This document shows, in pieces, positions 9,283 through 19,984 of a DNA stretch of 64,000 nt. Origin of the DNA: a virus; the IMG/VR virus record IMGVR_UViG_3300005613_002762, positions 64,001 through 128,000 of that record. One strand, written 5' to 3'. The number at the start of each line of letters is the position of its first letter. Position 1 is the first letter of the stretch. A model generated the notes under the pieces. That model was not told where the DNA came from, searched no databases, and saw only the letters and a list, made by a program, of their open reading frames with translations. The position numbers and the translations under genes were made by a program.

Positions 9283-10480
9283 AGTTTTAGTGACCCCCAG
9301 CGATACGTCGGGAGTTGGACGGTTTCGGTCGGTCGACCCCCACATCAAACTCCAAAATTTATACCCAAACGATTTTCATGTAGATATTGATTATCAACCA
9401 AGATTAAACGACCTAAACTATTGGAAAAAATACCAAATAGTTCATTTTCATCGAAGTATTGGTCCGATCGAAAGTTGCCCTTCTTTAATTAAAAGTCTTC
9501 AGAGTTTAGGTATTATTGTAATTGCTGATATCGACGATTATTGGTTACCAACAAAAGAACACCCAATACATCAGTTAATTGTTGAAAACAAAATTCATAC
9601 AAAAATTGTTGAGAATTTAAAAGTTGCTGATTATGTAACAACCACAACTGAGTTGTTTGCAAATGAGATTAGAAAATTCAACAAAAATGTTTTGGTATTA
9701 CCAAACGCAATAGATCCAAAAGAACCACAATTTAATGAACCAACATTAGATTCGGAAAAAATTCGAGTAGGTTGGTTAGGAGGATCATCACATTTACACG
9801 ATTTAAAACTTTTAGATGGGATGGTGTCAAAATTATCATCAATTCAGGATAAATTACAATATTATGTTTGTGGTTTTGATGTTAGAGGGACTGTAACAGA
9901 AATTAATAAAGAAACAGGACAACAAACACAAAGACCAATTAAACCACAAGAAACTGTGTGGGTTAGATATGAAGAAATTTTTACAAATAATTACAAAATT
10001 ATTTCTCCTGAATATAAAACTTACTTAGATAAATTTGAAGAGGGTGATTATCCTGCAATTCAAAAAGAAAATTACGTTAGAGTTTGGACTAGACCTGTTG
10101 ATTCATACGCAAGAAACTATGCAAAATTTGATATCTCTTTGGCACCAATTAAAAACCACATGTTTAATCGAATGAAATCTCAATTAAAAGTTATTGAGGC
10201 AGGATTTTATAAAAAAGCATTAATCGCATCAAATGTTGGTCCATACACAATCGATTTAAAACACGCATTACATCAAGGTAAATTTACCGACGGAAATGCG
10301 TTATTGGTGAATGAATCAAACAACCATAGTGATTGGGCAAAACATGTTAAAAAGTTAGTTGATAATCCTAATTTAATTACCGATCTTGGTGAAAGATTGT
10401 ATGAGACCGTAAAAGAAAGATATGATCTTAATTTGGTCACAAAAACAAGAGCAGATTTTTATAAATCTTTAATTAAATAA
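9266..10480 (+). CDS. Glycosyltransferase (GT-B fold)
   Basis: DIDDYW, VGWLGGSSH, DISLAP...FNRMKSQLKVIEAG...IASNVGPY. Confidence 0.85.
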   Translation: MKEKIKVLVTPSDTSGVGRFRSVDPHIKLQNLYPNDFHVDIDYQPRLNDLNYWKKYQIVHFHRSIGPIESCPSLIKSLQSLGIIVIADIDDYWLPTKEHPIHQLIVENKIHTKIVENLKVADYVTTTTELFANEIRKFNKNVLVLPNAIDPKEPQFNEPTLDSEKIRVGWLGGSSHLHDLKLLDGMVSKLSSIQDKLQYYVCGFDVRGTVTEINKETGQQTQRPIKPQETVWVRYEEIFTNNYKIISPEYKTYLDKFEEGDYPAIQKENYVRVWTRPVDSYARNYAKFDISLAPIKNHMFNRMKSQLKVIEAGFYKKALIASNVGPYTIDLKHALHQGKFTDGNALLVNESNNHSDWAKHVKKLVDNPNLITDLGERLYETVKERYDLNLVTKTRADFYKSLIK

Positions 10481-10482
10481 TA

Positions 10483-11184
10483 ATGATTAACATACCTTTA
10501 ACAAAAATTTTATTTTTGGATATTGAAACCGTTGGTGGATGTCCTGATTACACAACATGTAAAGATACAAGTCCAAAAGTTGCTGAACAATTTGAAAAAT
10601 ATTTTGATTGGTTCCAAAAAAGATTCCCTGAAGATTCAAATCTTGATTATGATGGAATGTTTAAAAACAGAGCGGCTTTGGTTCCTGAGTTTGCAAAAAT
10701 TGTTTGTGTTACCATGGCCTTTGTGTTAGACAACGGTGAGGTTAAAAAACAAACATTTTCAGGTGATGATGAAAATAAACTTCTTTTGGAAGTAAGAGAT
10801 TTATTAAACCGATGTCATAAATTAGATTTTTATTTATGTGGTCATAATTTAAAGAATTTTGATATTCCAATGTTAGCAAAACGAATGATAATTAATGGAA
10901 TTATGCCATCAAAATTATTACCTTCTTATGACACGAAGCCATGGGAAGTTAAAGCTATTGATACAAAAGAAATATGGCAATATGGATCATATACCGCAAT
11001 AGGATCGTTAGATTTATTATGTTCTTGTTTAGACATACCAACACCAAAAGATGGTGAAGTAACGGGTAGTCAAGTTCATAACGCATATTGGAATAAAAAT
11101 ATGTTAAAAGAAATTGCAGAATACTGCGAAAAAGATGTCTTAGTATTAGTTGATGCGATTATGAAGTTAAAAAGTTTAAAGTAA
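10483..11184 (+). CDS. 3'-5' exonuclease, PolB-proofreading-like (DEDD)
   Basis: FLDIET, GHNLKNFDIP, YCEKDV. Confidence 0.85.
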   Translation: MINIPLTKILFLDIETVGGCPDYTTCKDTSPKVAEQFEKYFDWFQKRFPEDSNLDYDGMFKNRAALVPEFAKIVCVTMAFVLDNGEVKKQTFSGDDENKLLLEVRDLLNRCHKLDFYLCGHNLKNFDIPMLAKRMIINGIMPSKLLPSYDTKPWEVKAIDTKEIWQYGSYTAIGSLDLLCSCLDIPTPKDGEVTGSQVHNAYWNKNMLKEIAEYCEKDVLVLVDAIMKLKSLK

Positions 11185-11792
11185 TGGAAGAATTTGACGA
11201 TATAAATGATAAGGATATAAAAGATCTTATGGATATTTTAGAATCCATGAGTGATGAAGAAACAGATGATGTTGACTATGATCTAATCATGAAAACATTT
11301 GGTTTAGATGTCCCTGAGTTAGAAAAAGAAATGGAGGAATACATTCCAACAATAGATTTGGGTTATACCAAATCGAATGAAAATGCTGTTGATCCAAAAT
11401 ACGCATATTATACCGACTCAGGATTTGACTTATATTCAACAGAAGATAAATGGATTCATCCGTTTGATAGAGCATTAATCCCAACAGGACTTCATTTTGA
11501 TATACCTAGCGGATATGAAATTCAAGTTAGATCTAAAAGTGGTTTGGCTTTAAATCAAGGTCTTATGGTTTTAAACTCACCAGGAACTGTTGATCAAGGA
11601 TATACAGGAGAAATTAAAATAATACTTTTTAACACAACAAATCAAAAAGTAAAAATTGAAAAAGGTCAAAAAATTGCTCAAGCAGTTTTATGTCCCGTGG
11701 TTTCAGGAAAATGGATAAAGATGGTTGAAAAAGATAAACTTGAAAATAAGGATAGAAACCAAAATGGTTTTGGTTCAACGGGAATAATATGA
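11184..11792 (+). CDS. dut: dUTPase with an acidic N-terminal extension
   Basis: SGFDL, RSKSGLA, GTVDQGYTGEI, IAQAV, RNQNGFGSTG. Confidence 0.95.
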   Translation: MEEFDDINDKDIKDLMDILESMSDEETDDVDYDLIMKTFGLDVPELEKEMEEYIPTIDLGYTKSNENAVDPKYAYYTDSGFDLYSTEDKWIHPFDRALIPTGLHFDIPSGYEIQVRSKSGLALNQGLMVLNSPGTVDQGYTGEIKIILFNTTNQKVKIEKGQKIAQAVLCPVVSGKWIKMVEKDKLENKDRNQNGFGSTGII

Positions 11793-13285
11793 TAACGATA
11801 ATTTACTCAACACATAAAGATCAAGAATACAATAAAAAATTCCAACAACATTTATTAAATACCGTTGGGGTTAAAGACATTCAAATATTAGAATATGTAA
11901 ACCATAATCAATATTCATTAGCCCAAGTTTATAATAGTGGGTTAACTGAGTCGGTTTATGATATAGTGGTTTGTTGTCATAACGACATTAAGTTAGAAAA
12001 AAATTGGGGGAAAAAACTTTTAGAAGATTTCTCTAATAACCCCGAATTCGGTGTAATTGGAAAAGCAGGTTCTTGTTATTTCCCAAAGTCAGGAGTATAC
12101 TGGGAACGAATGCAACAAACGATGGTAGGTCAAGTTTATCATCACCCTGAAGGTCAAAAAAAATGGATTAATAGGTATTCCATAAAAATGGATAAACTTA
12201 TACCTGTAGTAACGATTGATGGTTTATTTATTTCATTTGATAAGACAAAAATAAAACACCATTTTGATGAAACAGTTGGGAAGTTCCATTTTTACGATCA
12301 TGGTTTTTGTGTTCCAAATTATATAGATGGTGTTAAACTTGGAATTACATCTTCATTTGAAATTACTCATGAATCTATTGGTAAACCAAATGATGAATTT
12401 TGGGTGAGTAAAGAAAAGTTTGTTGAGAAATGGGGTCATGTGTTACCATTAGATTTGAAACCCTCTGAAATCTTCGTTCCACTTATTAAAGAAAAACCAA
12501 TAAAAAATATTGGTAAAGTCGCAATAATAATACCAACGAAGGGTAATGTTGATATGTTATATGAGTGTGTTAAGTCTTTTTATGACCACTGTAATCAAGA
12601 CTATTTTGAAATTTTCATTGCCGACACAGGATCAACAGATTCCGAAAAAGAGTGGATTCAAAATAACATACTTAATTTAGGATTTATTAATTTTATCGAA
12701 TACGACTATTACAATTTTGCCAAAATAAATAACGATGTTGTTAAAAATCATTTAAACGATGATTATGAATTTATTTTGTTTTCAAATAACGATATTAAAA
12801 TATTAAATAATGTTGTTTATGGGATGTTAAAAATTATGAAGGAAAAACCTAAGGTAGGGACTGTAGGTTGCAGACTTCATTTCGAAGATAATACCGTTCA
12901 ACATGATGGGGTTATTTTTCAACAAATACCAAATTCCAAAAAAATTAACTTGACTCATGCGAATTTAGGTTCATATTATCAATATACGACATCAATTAAA
13001 GATGTTATGGGAAATACGGCAGCACTAATGATGATAAGAAAAAAAATATTTGAAAAAGTTGGAGGATTCAACGAAAAGTATAATACTTGTTTTGAAGATG
13101 TTGAGTTAAATTTAAGTGTGGGATTACAAGGTTTAAAGAATTACTATGATGGATCTTTAGTTTCTTATCATTTTGAAAGTAAAACAAGAACAAAATCCCA
13201 ACAAAATCAAAAGGGAGAATATGATGATTACATGCAAACTTTAATTCCTTTTATTGAAAAAAACTATAATAAACTATTTAAATAA
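11789..13285 (+). CDS. Two-domain GT-A (GT2-like) glycosyltransferase
   Basis: N-domain CCHNDI/TIDGLF/FHFYD; C-domain IIIPT, ADTGSTD, NNDI, GGFNE...EDVE. Confidence 0.88.
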   Translation: MITIIYSTHKDQEYNKKFQQHLLNTVGVKDIQILEYVNHNQYSLAQVYNSGLTESVYDIVVCCHNDIKLEKNWGKKLLEDFSNNPEFGVIGKAGSCYFPKSGVYWERMQQTMVGQVYHHPEGQKKWINRYSIKMDKLIPVVTIDGLFISFDKTKIKHHFDETVGKFHFYDHGFCVPNYIDGVKLGITSSFEITHESIGKPNDEFWVSKEKFVEKWGHVLPLDLKPSEIFVPLIKEKPIKNIGKVAIIIPTKGNVDMLYECVKSFYDHCNQDYFEIFIADTGSTDSEKEWIQNNILNLGFINFIEYDYYNFAKINNDVVKNHLNDDYEFILFSNNDIKILNNVVYGMLKIMKEKPKVGTVGCRLHFEDNTVQHDGVIFQQIPNSKKINLTHANLGSYYQYTTSIKDVMGNTAALMMIRKKIFEKVGGFNEKYNTCFEDVELNLSVGLQGLKNYYDGSLVSYHFESKTRTKSQQNQKGEYDDYMQTLIPFIEKNYNKLFK

Positions 13286-13289
13286 AATA

Positions 13290-13841
13290 ATGATAACATT
13301 TATTATTCCATCTTTGAATAGACCGACATTGGAAAGGTCCATAAATTCTTTGGTAAGTCAAACAAATCCAAATTGGGAGTGTATTGTTGTTTATGATGGT
13401 GTTGATGGTATTTCTTTTAATGACGATAGAATTAAAACAATAAAAATTGATAAACTTGGTGGTTTTAGTGATCATCATGGAAAATCAGGTTTAGTGAGGA
13501 ATGAAGGGATAAGATTGGTTAACACAGAATGGATTGGTTTTTTAGACGACGACGATTCAATTCATCATAAATATGTTGAGGATCTTTTTACAAAGTATTC
13601 GAATTTTGACTTTGTTCTTTGGAGAATGGTTTATGAAAATGGAATTGTATTACCACCACTAACAAGTAACCAAATAAAATTTGGTCAAGTAGGTATATCA
13701 TTTTGTTTTAAAAACAAATTTGAAAATTTATTATTCGACAATAATAGAGATGGTGAAGATTATGATTTTATAATTAAATTAAAATCTTTAACAAATAATT
13801 GGGTTGTAACACCTGAAATATATTATAACATAAATCACTAA
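13290..13841 (+). CDS. GT2-family glycosyltransferase
   Basis: FIIPSLNRP, VVYDG, RNEGI, FLDDDD, EDYDF. Confidence 0.85.
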   Translation: MITFIIPSLNRPTLERSINSLVSQTNPNWECIVVYDGVDGISFNDDRIKTIKIDKLGGFSDHHGKSGLVRNEGIRLVNTEWIGFLDDDDSIHHKYVEDLFTKYSNFDFVLWRMVYENGIVLPPLTSNQIKFGQVGISFCFKNKFENLLFDNNRDGEDYDFIIKLKSLTNNWVVTPEIYYNINH

Positions 13842-14467
13842 TGAAAATAACAGAATTTTTTGATAAAACATATTGCGTAAATTTAGATCGTAGACCAGAT
13901 AGGTGGAGTGAATGTGTTGTTGAATTTGAAAATAAAGAATTAAAAAACATCGAAAGGGTTTCTGCAGTTGACGGAAAAGATTTAATGTTTTTTTCACAAA
14001 AAGTTAATTCTTCGGCTTTGGCTTTAATTTTAACCAACGAAAAAATATTTGAGTCCGCAATTAAAAATGATTACGAAACAATTCTAATTTTAGAAGATGA
14101 CGTAGAATTTACAGATCAAGTAAAAGATATCTCTTCTTTTGTTGAGAAATTACCTGAAAATTGGGACATGATATATTTTGGTGGTAATCACAATACACAT
14201 GTCGGATATAAATCTCCCGAAGTAATAAATGATAAAGTTGTTAAATTACATCACACTTTTAGCACGCATTGTATAGGTATAAATAAAAAAGCATACCAAC
14301 CCATATTAGATAGAATTAGGAAAATGGATCAACCATTAGATGTGATTTATAGTGATTTACAAAAAAAATTAAACGTATATTCTTTTTCACCTGCAATGGC
14401 AACACAAAGAGTGAGTTTTAGTGATATTGAAAATAAGGTTACGGATTATAAATGGTTAATTAAATAA
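13841..14467 (+). CDS. GT25-family glycosyltransferase
   Basis: CVNLDRRPDRW, RVSAVDG, ILILEDDV. Confidence 0.85.
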   Translation: MKITEFFDKTYCVNLDRRPDRWSECVVEFENKELKNIERVSAVDGKDLMFFSQKVNSSALALILTNEKIFESAIKNDYETILILEDDVEFTDQVKDISSFVEKLPENWDMIYFGGNHNTHVGYKSPEVINDKVVKLHHTFSTHCIGINKKAYQPILDRIRKMDQPLDVIYSDLQKKLNVYSFSPAMATQRVSFSDIENKVTDYKWLIK

Positions 14468-14581
14468 ATCTTACAAATAAGGACATTCAATTTTTACCGA
14501 TATACACTATTAAATAAAAAAAAAATTAGATGAATAAATTATTTATTGACTAAATATAAAGTATCATTAAGTTATATTAAT

Positions 14582-15661
14582 ATGGACAAAAATATATCAA
14601 TAATCGGTGTTGGAAAATTAGGATTGTGTCTGGCACTAAATTTAGAACGAAAAGGATTTAATATTACCGGAATAGACGTTTCAGAAGAATATATATCATC
14701 TTTAAGAGAAAAAAATTTTATTTCGTCTGAACCCTACGTTTCATCTTATTTAAAAGACTCGAAAAATATTAATTTTTCTACAAATTTGGAGGACTCCTTA
14801 AAAAACAATATTATTTTTGTAGTCGTCAAAACCCCATCAACATCAGATTGGAAGTATGATCATACTCAAATAGACGAAATTGTTGATAATTTAATTAAAT
14901 TAGGTAAACAAGATCGTAGAAAAGAACTCATAATAAATTCGACTACGTTTCCTGGTTATTGTGATACCATCCAAAAAAAATTGGAGGATTTTAATTATAA
15001 AGTATCATACAATCCTGAATTTATTGCTCAAGGATCGATAATAAAAGATCAGTTGAATTGCGACTCAGTCTTGATTGGTCAAGCTGATAACGAGTCAGGT
15101 CAAATTATTGAGGAAATTTATCGAATAATGTGTGATTCAAACCCAATTATTAACAAAATGAGTAGAACAGAGGCTGAGTTAACGAAACTTTCTGTCAATT
15201 GTTATTTAACTACTAAAATAAGTTTTGCTAATATGGTTGGTGACATTTCGCAAAGATATAATTGTAATCCAGATGTGGTCCTTAATGCCATTGGTAGTGA
15301 CTCAAGAATTGGTAATAAATATTTGAAACACGGGTTTGGTTTTGGTGGTCCTTGTTTCCCAAGGGACAATAGGGCGCTGTCCAAATGTGCCGAAGAAGTT
15401 GGCATTGAAGCAATAATATCAAAAGCGACCGATGTGATGAATGACTATCACTTGACATATCAAGTAGAGGACTTTGTCAAAAAAAATCCTGAAAAACATA
15501 ATGAAGTAGTTTTTGATTACCTAACATATAAAAAAGAAAGTACCTTGTTGGAAGAATCTCAACAACTAAAGTTCGCATTGAAGCTTAAAGAAAAAGGATA
15601 TAAAATAAAAGTTTTAGACAACAGAGAAGAAGTTACTAAACAATTAAAAAATATTTTATGA
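14582..15661 (+). CDS. ugd: UDP-glucose/GDP-mannose 6-dehydrogenase family protein
   Basis: IIGVGKLG, YNPEF, KISFAN, GFGGPCFPRD. Confidence 0.85.
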   Translation: MDKNISIIGVGKLGLCLALNLERKGFNITGIDVSEEYISSLREKNFISSEPYVSSYLKDSKNINFSTNLEDSLKNNIIFVVVKTPSTSDWKYDHTQIDEIVDNLIKLGKQDRRKELIINSTTFPGYCDTIQKKLEDFNYKVSYNPEFIAQGSIIKDQLNCDSVLIGQADNESGQIIEEIYRIMCDSNPIINKMSRTEAELTKLSVNCYLTTKISFANMVGDISQRYNCNPDVVLNAIGSDSRIGNKYLKHGFGFGGPCFPRDNRALSKCAEEVGIEAIISKATDVMNDYHLTYQVEDFVKKNPEKHNEVVFDYLTYKKESTLLEESQQLKFALKLKEKGYKIKVLDNREEVTKQLKNIL

Positions 15662-16425
15662 TTTTATCTGAAAAAATAATCAATTGGTTGGCAAGTTATT
15701 TGGATGAAAACAACTTGTCTTGTTTTGTGGTAGGTATAAGTGGAGGAATTGATTCCGCAGTTGTATCTACATTATGTTCTTTGACAGGTAAAAAAACGAT
15801 TGTTGTCACATTACCAATACATCAGAACGAAAACCAATACAAATTAGCAAAAAAACATATTGATTGGTTGAGATTGAATTTTTCGAATGTGAGTTCTTTA
15901 GATATTGATTTAACCAATCTTTTTGAAAATTACAAGAAAATTTTTCCAGGGTCAGATGATTTGTCTCTAGCAAATACTAGATCGAGATTACGAATGACGA
16001 CTCTTTATCAAATAGCATCTATGAACAATAACAGAGGAATTGTTGTCGGCACTGGAAATAAAATTGAAGATTTTGGTATTGGGTTTTTTACAAAATATGG
16101 TGACGGTGGGGTTGATATTTCTCCAATTGGAGATCTAAATAAAAGTGAAGTAAGATCATTAGGAAAACAATTAGGTGTTATCGAAGAAATAATTTTGGCT
16201 AAACCAACTGATGGGTTGTGGGACGACAATAGAAATGATGAGGATCAAATAGGCGCAACTTATGAAGAATTAGAAAAAATTATGGATATGTTATCCTTAC
16301 ATTCAGAAAGTTATTTATATCAAAACTTAAAAGGAAGGGATCGAGAAGTTTTAATAACTTATTTAGATTTTCATAAAAAAAATAAACACAAAATGATAAA
16401 TATACCTGTATTCAAAAACAACTAA
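15658..16425 (+). CDS. nadE: NH3-dependent NAD+ synthetase
   Basis: GISGGIDSAV, NTRSRLRM, GTGNKIE, FFTKYGDGGVD, PTDGLW...DEDQIG. Confidence 0.93.
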   Translation: MILSEKIINWLASYLDENNLSCFVVGISGGIDSAVVSTLCSLTGKKTIVVTLPIHQNENQYKLAKKHIDWLRLNFSNVSSLDIDLTNLFENYKKIFPGSDDLSLANTRSRLRMTTLYQIASMNNNRGIVVGTGNKIEDFGIGFFTKYGDGGVDISPIGDLNKSEVRSLGKQLGVIEEIILAKPTDGLWDDNRNDEDQIGATYEELEKIMDMLSLHSESYLYQNLKGRDREVLITYLDFHKKNKHKMINIPVFKNN

Positions 16426-16426
16426 T

Positions 16427-17266
16427 ATGAAAGGGATTACAAATTTACAAATATTAAACCACAGAGAAGGAAGATTCGGTAACCAACTATTTAGGATAGC
16501 AACCTTGATTGGTCAATCTTTGGACAAAAATATAGATTATTTCATTCCTAAAGAATGGGAACATTGTGAATTATTCACAAACCTAAAAAATACTTTTTTA
16601 TCTGAAGATATAAAAAAAAATATAAATAAAAAACATCAGGAATCTAAGTTCGGATACCACGATATTGAAACTTCAGACAAGGTTACTGAAATTGTCGGTT
16701 ATTTTCAATCACATAGATTCTTTTCAAACCACGAATCGACCATAAAACACGATTTAGAACTCAATCAAGAATTGGTTGACAAAGTTAAAAAAAAGTTAAA
16801 TCCAAAAACTATTAAAGTTTGTATCCACATTAGATGGGGAGATCCATATGATAGAAACGTTGGGGGAGGACATAAAGGTGTTGAAAATCGACATCCCGTA
16901 ATGACTCTTAATTATTATGAAAAATCTTTGGAGTATATTTTGAACAACAGAAAAATTGATGAACTTTTGATCTTTACTGATAACGTTGATTCGAAGGACT
17001 TCATAAATAAAAAATTTGACAAATTCGAAGTTCCGATAGTTTATTTTGATTATAGCGATGATTATGTTTCCGATTTTATTGCACAATCCTTATGTGATCA
17101 TTTTATTATTGCAAATAGCACTTTTTCTTGGTGGTCGTCCTATCTGTCAAATAAAACAGACAAAATTGTTTGTTGCCCACAACCAAACGAGTGGTTTGGT
17201 CCTGAATATCGCCATTTCGACACATCAACCCTACTACCAAAAGATTGGATAAACATCAATCAGTAA
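16427..17266 (+). CDS. GT11 alpha-1,2-fucosyltransferase-like enzyme
   Basis: GRFGNQLF, GYFQS, IHIRWGD, IIANSTFSWW. Confidence 0.9.
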   Translation: MKGITNLQILNHREGRFGNQLFRIATLIGQSLDKNIDYFIPKEWEHCELFTNLKNTFLSEDIKKNINKKHQESKFGYHDIETSDKVTEIVGYFQSHRFFSNHESTIKHDLELNQELVDKVKKKLNPKTIKVCIHIRWGDPYDRNVGGGHKGVENRHPVMTLNYYEKSLEYILNNRKIDELLIFTDNVDSKDFINKKFDKFEVPIVYFDYSDDYVSDFIAQSLCDHFIIANSTFSWWSSYLSNKTDKIVCCPQPNEWFGPEYRHFDTSTLLPKDWININQ

Positions 17267-17272
17267 AAAAAT

Positions 17273-18205
17273 ATGTATGATTTAAATTTCATCGAGTTTA
17301 TAGAAAAAAACAATTTAGATTTTTTAAGTGGATCCGCAATTAAACACATTTTAGACTCAAAAAAAAATGATGAGGCTGATGAAATCAGAAGCGCAATTTC
17401 AATTTTAGAAAAAAAATTAGTTTATTTAGATAAAAATAGAATAAATTCTTCTGTTAATAACAAATACACTGAAAATCCGAAAATTTTATTAAAAAATATT
17501 GAATTTTATTTTATAAATTTAGATAAAAGGACTGATAGATTATCTCATGTCAAAAAAGAATTGTCAAAAATAAATTTGAGCGCCCAAAAATATAAAGCAA
17601 TTGATACTTTAGATGGATGCACAATCAATTTTGGAAAGGATTTTACCGAGGGTCAAAAAAAATGTTATTTATCTCATTATTCCTTAATCAAAAATTATAA
17701 CGTTAATAGTGATAAAATTTTAGGTATTTTTGAGGATGATGTCATTTTCTGTCAAGATTTTTTAGAAAGATTTAACTATGTTGAAAAATACTTTGACTTA
17801 GATTGGGATGTGTTTTATCTTTCATCTTTTTATCACTTAAATGATGACGAGAAAAGATGGAACAAAACTGGAGATTATGAAAAAACAAATGTAAAATACA
17901 TTCACAGAGTATATGGTTCTTTTTGTTGTCATTCTTATTTAATTAACCCAAGATCAATTCCAAAAATATTAAAATTATTAGACGAGGTTATTGACCAATC
18001 TAGAGCTATTGACCACTCATTTATTTTAATTCAACCTAAATTGAACTGTTTTTCATTCACACCTGGTATGACTAATCAGATAACAAACACAAGTGATACT
18101 GACGGAGGACTCCGTGATCAAACTCATTTTTTAAACATCCTTGGTCAACATTATTACATAAACAATCTTTCAGAGTTTGATTACGATGAATATTTTAAAA
18201 ATTAA
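17273..18205 (+). CDS. GT25-family glycosyltransferase with an N-terminal extension
   Basis: INLDKRTDRL, CYLSH, IFEDDV. Confidence 0.85.
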   Translation: MYDLNFIEFIEKNNLDFLSGSAIKHILDSKKNDEADEIRSAISILEKKLVYLDKNRINSSVNNKYTENPKILLKNIEFYFINLDKRTDRLSHVKKELSKINLSAQKYKAIDTLDGCTINFGKDFTEGQKKCYLSHYSLIKNYNVNSDKILGIFEDDVIFCQDFLERFNYVEKYFDLDWDVFYLSSFYHLNDDEKRWNKTGDYEKTNVKYIHRVYGSFCCHSYLINPRSIPKILKLLDEVIDQSRAIDHSFILIQPKLNCFSFTPGMTNQITNTSDTDGGLRDQTHFLNILGQHYYINNLSEFDYDEYFKN

Positions 18206-18215
18206 AAATTACACT

Positions 18216-18947
18216 ATGAACATTTCCAATAAAGTTAACAATTATATTTTTAGAAATAACGAACAAAAATACATAATAAAAAATTTTGATTACTTTAGCA
18301 CTGAATATAGAATTGACTCAAATGTTGTCCTAAATGAGTTACCCGATTATTCAATAATGATTGATCTCGTAAAAAAAATAGATAAAAGTAAAATAATTAT
18401 CGACATTGGTGCCAATTGCGGACTATTTTGTGTCCCAATTTCTTTGTCAGGTTATAAAACATATGCTTTTGAACCTATATCTTTGAATCTCGACTTACTA
18501 AAGTTGAATAAATCGGAAAATGATTGTGAAAAATTAGAAATAATAGATGTTGCATTGATGGATTTTAATGGTGTTAAAGACATTTATATACCCTATTGTC
18601 CTGACAATACCTCATTTAATAAATCAGTAGCAATATCTAACATGACAAAAAAAGATTTTGTTGTTGAAAACGTAAAATGTAAAACCTTCGACAGTTGGGT
18701 TTTAGAAAATGAAATTACAGATGTTGGTTTTATTAAAATTGACGTTCAGGGATTCGAATACAACGTTATCAAGGGTATGGGTGACTTCTTGGAGAACTCA
18801 AAAGATATATCTGTTTTATTAGAATGGGATGAAAAACACACTAGTAGTGCGGGTTACTCACTTGAAGAAATTTACAATTTTTTGACGGAAAAAGGGTTCA
18901 AAAATACATACTCTTTTTCGAACGATAAACTTTTTTATAAAGAATAA
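18216..18947 (+). CDS. FkbM-family methyltransferase
   Basis: IDIGANCG, AFEP, FIKIDVQGFE. Confidence 0.9.
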   Translation: MNISNKVNNYIFRNNEQKYIIKNFDYFSTEYRIDSNVVLNELPDYSIMIDLVKKIDKSKIIIDIGANCGLFCVPISLSGYKTYAFEPISLNLDLLKLNKSENDCEKLEIIDVALMDFNGVKDIYIPYCPDNTSFNKSVAISNMTKKDFVVENVKCKTFDSWVLENEITDVGFIKIDVQGFEYNVIKGMGDFLENSKDISVLLEWDEKHTSSAGYSLEEIYNFLTEKGFKNTYSFSNDKLFYKE

Positions 18948-19984
18948 TGAATAAAAAAATTTTAGTATTAGGTGGTGGTGGTTTTATTGGAGGTCACTTG
19001 TCTAAACGATTATTTAAGGAAGGTAATTACGTTAGAGTTGTCGATATTAAACCAAAACATGAATATTTTGAAACTGAAGAGTTTTGTAGTGAATATATTT
19101 GTGGAGATTTGAGAGACGCTCAAATTGTGTCAAAAATTATGTTTGCCCCAAATCAAATATCAATTGACGATAAACAAACATCTTTTGATGAGGTTTATCA
19201 ACTAGCGGCAGACATGGGAGGTGCTGGATATATATTTACAGGTGAAAATGATGCGAATGTGATGCATAATTCAGCTTTAGTTAATTTGAATGTTGCGTAT
19301 TACGCATCAAAATTCAGTGTCAAAAAAATATTTTATTCGTCTTCTGCTTGTATGTATCCCGAACATAATCAACTAGACCCTGAAAACCCTAACTGTGAAG
19401 AATCATCAGCATATCCTGCAAATCCAGATTCGGAATACGGATGGGAAAAATTATTTAGTGAAAGATTATTCTTTGCGTTTGGTAGAAATTATAGATTAAA
19501 TATTAGAGTTGCAAGATTCCATAACATTTTTGGTCCTTATGGGACTTGGGATGGTGGGAAAGAAAAGGCACCTGCGGCGATGTGTCGTAAAGCGGCAGAA
19601 ACTCCCGATGGTGGTGAAATTGAAGTTTGGGGTGATGGTAAACAAACAAGATCATTTTTATATGTTGATGAATGTATTGAGGCGGTTTTAAAATTAATGG
19701 ATAGTGACTTTATTGGTCCTGTTAATATTGGATCTGAAGAAATGGTAACAATAAACGAACTGGCTCAAATGGCAATCGATATTTCACAGAAAAATATCAA
19801 TATCAATAATATTGACGGAAAGAATTTTTATGATAAATATGGGTTCAAATGTCCAGTTGGTGTTAGAGGTAGAACTTCTGATAATAAATTATATAATGAA
19901 AAAGTTGGTTGGGTCGTTTCCGAACCACTCAGAATAGGAATGGAAAAAACCTTCCAATGGATAAGTAAACAAGTAAATGGATAA
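18947..19984 (+). CDS. NAD-dependent epimerase, GDP-mannose 3,5-epimerase-like
   Basis: GGGGFIG, LAADMGGAGYI, YSSSACMYP, YGWEK, RFHNIFGPYGTWDGGKEKAPAAMCRK. Confidence 0.85.
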   Translation: MNKKILVLGGGGFIGGHLSKRLFKEGNYVRVVDIKPKHEYFETEEFCSEYICGDLRDAQIVSKIMFAPNQISIDDKQTSFDEVYQLAADMGGAGYIFTGENDANVMHNSALVNLNVAYYASKFSVKKIFYSSSACMYPEHNQLDPENPNCEESSAYPANPDSEYGWEKLFSERLFFAFGRNYRLNIRVARFHNIFGPYGTWDGGKEKAPAAMCRKAAETPDGGEIEVWGDGKQTRSFLYVDECIEAVLKLMDSDFIGPVNIGSEEMVTINELAQMAIDISQKNININNIDGKNFYDKYGFKCPVGVRGRTSDNKLYNEKVGWVVSEPLRIGMEKTFQWISKQVNG

